From: Candidatus Latescibacterota bacterium
GTDB lineage: Bacteria; Latescibacterota; UBA2968; GCA-2709665
Reading direction: 5' to 3'
Length of the DNA stretch: 51,623 nucleotides
Assembly: GCA_963667175.2 (NCBI GenBank)
Contig: CAXXXF010000008.1
Coordinates: 1 to 51,623, forward strand
Under the pieces are notes generated by a model that was given only the letters and a program-made list of their open reading frames with translations, was not told where the DNA came from and did no database searches. The position numbers and the translations under genes were made by a program. This document shows positions 47,308-51,623 of this stretch, one piece after another (the stretch's first letter is position 1; each line of letters starts with the position of its first letter).

Positions 47308-48651
47308 CTATTCGATAGCCTTCTCTACGGGCTGTACGTGAATCGTGATATCCGGCCAGTGTTTTTCCAGAATTTCGACAATGTGGTCCTTCGGCCCGAA
47401 AAGCATCAAAACCATATTCTCCGCGACGAAGTATTTCTCGATGAATGACCGTACCTCTGCATTCGTGACGGATCTAATTCCACCTTCCCGTCTTGGAAAG
47501 TTGTAGATTGCCCGGTCGACCGCACTGTTCAGTTTGCGCCGCGGAGTATACTCGCCATGTATATGGGCTTCGATGGCGTCCTGGTTTTCGCGCAACTGCG
47601 CTATAGAGGTCCAGAAGTCAGGTCTGTCGGCAAGCCCGACGATCATCTCCTGCACGCTTGTCAACAGTTTCTCGCTGTTTTCGAGCCGCGGATCAGCGGA
47701 AATCTCCAGAACCCTGACGTCGTCTTCGTTTCGAAAGGAGCAGGAAGTCCCGTAAACAAGCCCCAACTTTTCTCGCAGATATTCATAGAGCAAGCCCCGG
47801 TTGGTGCCGCGCCCAAGCGTCCAGGACACCATATTGGGAACATAATTGTCCTCGCCGACGGTTCCAATTGGGATGAGCCAGTAACAGTAGACGTTTTTCA
47901 GATGAGAGTAACGCTCGAAGACAAATGCGGAGTGTCGCGGAATACGGTCGTTTTTCGGCGTTGGCGGTGACCGGAAGAAACCCCCTCGCTGGCGGTTTTC
48001 CGTGATCGGTAGGAGCGCTTTCTCGATTGCCGTGGAATCAAGGTCGGAAATTGCCTTGAAGAACACCACTTCCGCGTTTAGAAATCTCTCACAGTTCCGC
48101 CTGACTTCCTCTTCCGTGATTCGCTTCACGGCTTCCCGTGAGTACCATCTATCCACCCCAACCGACCGGGCAAGCGCGTAGTTTCTCAGAAGACCGTGGT
48201 CTCCTCTATCGGCGGCATTCTCGTAAGTCTCTTGCAACTTTCGCTTTGCCGCGTCCAGGTCCAGATCAGCAGCGCTCATCCGACGCATCAGGTCCTTCAC
48301 GATAATTACCGATCTGGAGAAATTCGTCGACAGTGCGGATATGGAAATCACCTGGTATCCAAAGTACGTATCGACGTCGAACTCCGTGCCTAAGGCATCC
48401 AGTTTAGCAGTATACCCGTGCTTTTTCGAATAGTCATTCAACAGTCTGGCGGACGTAACCGCAAGACCGGCCCTTGACGTATCGTCCCGGATGCTTCCGG
48501 CGCCAAGAAAGACGATGTCCAACATCGTCAGCGGCGCCCGGCTATCGTGCTGATAGAATACCCGGTGATTGGGAATCTCCGCAGAAGCCGGCAGCGCGAA
48601 AAGAACACAGAATACCGCGATCCTAAGAGTCGAATTTGCGTGTGGCGTCAT
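47308..48651 (-). CDS. M16 peptidase-like subunit lacking HxxEH (probably non-catalytic)
   Basis: AGSIRD...GLA and LREKLGLVYG; signal peptide-like N-terminus. Confidence 0.72.
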   Translation of the reverse strand: MTPHANSTLRIAVFCVLFALPASAEIPNHRVFYQHDSRAPLTMLDIVFLGAGSIRDDTSRAGLAVTSARLLNDYSKKHGYTAKLDALGTEFDVDTYFGYQVISISALSTNFSRSVIIVKDLMRRMSAADLDLDAAKRKLQETYENAADRGDHGLLRNYALARSVGVDRWYSREAVKRITEEEVRRNCERFLNAEVVFFKAISDLDSTAIEKALLPITENRQRGGFFRSPPTPKNDRIPRHSAFVFERYSHLKNVYCYWLIPIGTVGEDNYVPNMVSWTLGRGTNRGLLYEYLREKLGLVYGTSCSFRNEDDVRVLEISADPRLENSEKLLTSVQEMIVGLADRPDFWTSIAQLRENQDAIEAHIHGEYTPRRKLNSAVDRAIYNFPRREGGIRSVTNAEVRSFIEKYFVAENMVLMLFGPKDHIVEILEKHWPDITIHVQPVEKAIE

Positions 48652-50137
48652 CCTTGACAGTCTCACGGGTAGATATCTGGATACACTTTCTGACAATCCA
48701 GACGAAGACAAATAAGATCCCACCAAGAACAGCAATGATGAAAACAACTGCAACGATCTGAGCCCACAGCGGGTGTTTCTTTTTTATTGTCCACGAGAGC
48801 GTGATGGAGTTTTCTCTAATCAGGTGTTCACTAATGATCCGTTGAATGTCGTCGTCGTTGACCCGCTGGATCTGACGGATCAACCTCGGATATAGGAGTG
48901 GGTCGCTGCCCCGGACAAAAGCCGCGGCGAATCTCCACGCCATAGCAGACCGGTCATAAAGCCGCGAATACTGTTTGCGCAGTTGAATATTCCTGCCTGC
49001 CGCGAGCTCACTTTCGGTGATGCCTTGCGTCCTTATCTCATCTAATCTTGAACGTATGGCGTTCTCTACGGTGTTTATGGATCGGACCGGAACCATCTCG
49101 GCATTACATCCCATGAGACCGAATCCCTTATGGCTACTTGCCCACACGCGAAACGAACTCACGACTTGAGAATCCAATAGAGAGGAACGGAGCGAGTTTG
49201 AAGGTCTCGCCAGGATGGATGTGAGAACACAGAAACTCGCGTAGTCCGGATGGCCAAGGGCCGGTATGCGCCAGGCTTTCTTGAACCGGGACTTGCTCAG
49301 TCTTTCGTGTTTCACTTGAAATCTCTCGCCAAGCGCATCGGGATCTGGAAACACGGGTAGAGGCGACCTATCTTCCTGTCGCCTGTCCCCGCCAGGGAAT
49401 GCATCGGCCAATTTCGTGACGACGTTGTCCAGTTCTACATCTCCGATGACGACAACCAGTCGCTTCTTGCGGCGCAGAACGTTGTGGAAGAGTTGTTTTA
49501 GATCCCCGGGTTCGGTTCTTTTAATCAACGCGGCGGTGCCCAACCCATCGAAGTTCTCCCGTCCGTAGACCAACCCCCAGAACTGCTTGGAAAATCTCCG
49601 CGTCGAACGGGTGCTGCTTCCACTGAGTTCCGTCAATACAACCTGTTTTTCGTTTGCTATAAATTCTGCGTCAAACAACGTACGGTAGAATCTGTCACGG
49701 TCGATCTCGACTGCGAGAGCCAATTTATCGTTGGGAAATCTCATCGTGAAATACGTCATGTCTGCGCCAGTCCGGGCGTTTGAATTCCCGCCGTTCTTGC
49801 CCATCAACTCCGCCTGCGCACCCGGCGGGTAGCCACCCATACCCCCGATAACATGCTCGAGAAAGTGCAGCTTTCCCAGTTCGCCTTCCGGTTCATCGGC
49901 GTAACCCATGGCATAGAACGTCTGGTATTCGAACGTAGGCATGGTACGATCAACTACAATCACCGCGTCGAGAGTGGCGTTGATCGTATAATGATGTGCG
50001 ACGAGGGCATCTGACAGCGCTTCCGACCCGACGAGCCGGTACGCGAGGCACGGGTCCGTGCATATGCCGATGCCGATTGCTGATAGGATGAATATTCTTG
50101 CTGACTGTCGCGTTAGACGAGATCGTGGGAGGGACAT
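48623..50137 (-). CDS. M16 (insulinase) zinc peptidase with C-terminal membrane anchor
   Basis: HFLEH, NART..D.T.F and E..VV..E; hydrophobic C-terminal helix. Confidence 0.82.
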   Translation of the reverse strand: MSLPRSRLTRQSARIFILSAIGIGICTDPCLAYRLVGSEALSDALVAHHYTINATLDAVIVVDRTMPTFEYQTFYAMGYADEPEGELGKLHFLEHVIGGMGGYPPGAQAELMGKNGGNSNARTGADMTYFTMRFPNDKLALAVEIDRDRFYRTLFDAEFIANEKQVVLTELSGSSTRSTRRFSKQFWGLVYGRENFDGLGTAALIKRTEPGDLKQLFHNVLRRKKRLVVVIGDVELDNVVTKLADAFPGGDRRQEDRSPLPVFPDPDALGERFQVKHERLSKSRFKKAWRIPALGHPDYASFCVLTSILARPSNSLRSSLLDSQVVSSFRVWASSHKGFGLMGCNAEMVPVRSINTVENAIRSRLDEIRTQGITESELAAGRNIQLRKQYSRLYDRSAMAWRFAAAFVRGSDPLLYPRLIRQIQRVNDDDIQRIISEHLIRENSITLSWTIKKKHPLWAQIVAVVFIIAVLGGILFVFVWIVRKCIQISTRETVKDDATRKFDS

Positions 50138-50341
50138 GGATCGGTTGCCGTCAGCATCGGGATGGATCTCAGGTGGGATTTAAGTTACAAGCAAAGCTTG
50201 AGAATGATCGCGGCCATCGAGTGGAATACCCAGGCGTTGCGTCCGGCGAATCTCACGCTAAGGGTATTTGGATGCGCGCGTTCATTTCGGCAAGTTCACC
50301 ATTCCCTTCCAACGTCAAGTTGCTCGCAGCCGTGACTCCCA

Positions 50342-50914
50342 TCACGTTCCAGTTGCGCCGCGCAGAAGCAAATCGAATGGAATTCTCGGTCCTACATACG
50401 TATGCACTTCCATACCCTTATATGTTTCCTTTTGAACGACTCCCGGTTGTGGTCTAACAGGCTGTTTGTCGAATCGTCGATGGTATTTTTCGCCGATTAT
50501 GAAATTAAGAACGTTCATGCCCGTACGCTTTAATTCGTGGCCAGTGTGTATCTCGTAAATTGCACAAAGATACCTGTAAATCGGCAGTGACCACCGAAGT
50601 TGCTCCTCGGGCTCTCCGTCGCCGCGTATCGTCTTTTTCAAATCGATGAATATCGCAAAACACGAACTTTCGTCCTCACGGACCAACAGGTAATCGCATC
50701 TCTTCGTCCATTCACCGTCCTTTACGCCCGAAAACTTACCGATTCTTTCTATATGAATCCCCACGATGCATGTCGGGGTGTTGGCTACTTCGACTTTCAT
50801 TATTCCCTCTTCTTGAAGAATCATGCTCCCATCGTGTCTTCTCGAAACCAGAATCTTGGAATCGAGGATTCTCTTCAGAAAAGCAGCAAACCCCACTTCA
50901 ACCCTCCGAGTCAT
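50342..50914 (-). CDS. Hypothetical protein coupled to the AAA ATPase, possible PD-(D/E)XK fold
   Basis: KRCDYLLV...IFIDLKK...EQL; overlaps the ATPase stop. Confidence 0.5.
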   Translation of the reverse strand: MTRRVEVGFAAFLKRILDSKILVSRRHDGSMILQEEGIMKVEVANTPTCIVGIHIERIGKFSGVKDGEWTKRCDYLLVREDESSCFAIFIDLKKTIRGDGEPEEQLRWSLPIYRYLCAIYEIHTGHELKRTGMNVLNFIIGEKYHRRFDKQPVRPQPGVVQKETYKGMEVHTYVGPRIPFDLLLRGATGT

Positions 50915-51623
50915 CCGAAAGTCGAGATGCCAGTTCGTTTGCGACCTTGTTTATCTCGTCGATGGTTTGATCGAAAACCGGCATATCGATGCCGAGTTCA
51001 TCAACGTCACACCTCGTTAACCCATTGTTCTCAGCGACGTATGCACGAATTGATTCCGGTTCCAGCGCATCGTCCGATTGATACTTTAGTTTTTTCACAA
51101 GCGATTCTTTTTCGGCGAATGTGCTGTTCAGCATGACGAGGTTGTTGATCTCCTTGATTAGGTAGTCGCTGTGGGTCGTGATGAGCACTTTCAACCCAGT
51201 GCGTACGAATCGCGCCAACAATCGCGCCAATAGAATCTGGTTCGCCGTGTCGAGATGGCTTTCCGGCTCGTCAATGACAAGAAGGTGGCCGTTGCTTGCA
51301 ACATGACGCAGGAAAAAGTAGAAATCCGATAAACCGCGGGCGGATGACGAGGCGGCGTGCAGCGGTATGTTGAAGCTGCGGCCCTTTCCCCTAGCCTTGG
51401 ATATAAACCGTATATCGTCTCCTGACGCACGGTAATAGCCGCCCATCATGTCCTTGATACCGTCATGTAGCTTGTGGGCTTGAAGTTCGCTGTCTTTTGC
51501 TCGTAGGTCCGGAATACTTCGAGTGTAGTCAATATTGTGTTTTATCGGAAGTGCGTACCGGCTGGTGGCGCCGTCAATGAACATAAATTTGGAACTTCGC
51601 CCCCCACGCCTTGTCGTCGCTCA
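50898..51623 (-). CDS. AAA_21/ABC-type ATPase, 5' truncated by the window edge
   Basis: ASSS, LVIDEPESHL..NQ, ITTHSDY and F...IDE. Confidence 0.82.

Noticed and set aside
1-51623. tRNA, rRNA or riboswitch genes
   Set aside because: None recognised by eye; a covariance-model search would be needed to exclude them.

Overview
GC-rich bacterial chromosomal segment, possibly from a metagenome bin. Metabolic genes fill 1-11 kb (accD, NUDIX, mannose-1-phosphate guanylyltransferase, aroQ, DapA-like, sugar epimerase, FAD oxidoreductase) and 28-50 kb (rhaA, amidohydrolase, Gfo/Idh/MocA, heparinase II/III-like, two ankyrin proteins, MATE, M16 peptidase pair). Between them lies an accessory defence-like island at about 11.0-27.8 kb. 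It holds a Type I R-M hsdM fused in frame to a C-terminal PIN domain, an IS-split hsdS and no visible hsdR. It also holds a REP-associated tyrosine transposase (RAYT) with its GTAG REP palindromes, about seven toxin-antitoxin pairs, two IS elements and a MITE. The most unusual feature is the island's architecture. Cargo modules are repeatedly bracketed by diverged direct duplications of gene ends: oxidoreductase 3' end x2, hsdM 3' end x3, RAYT-3'/hsdS-5' unit x3 and RHH antitoxin 5' end x3. Several junctions fall at REPs. The three hsdM tails each read in frame into a different domain (PIN, PIN, RAYT), which resembles a polymorphic C-terminal cassette system attached to a methyltransferase. 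All annotations come from motif recognition by eye; no searches were run.
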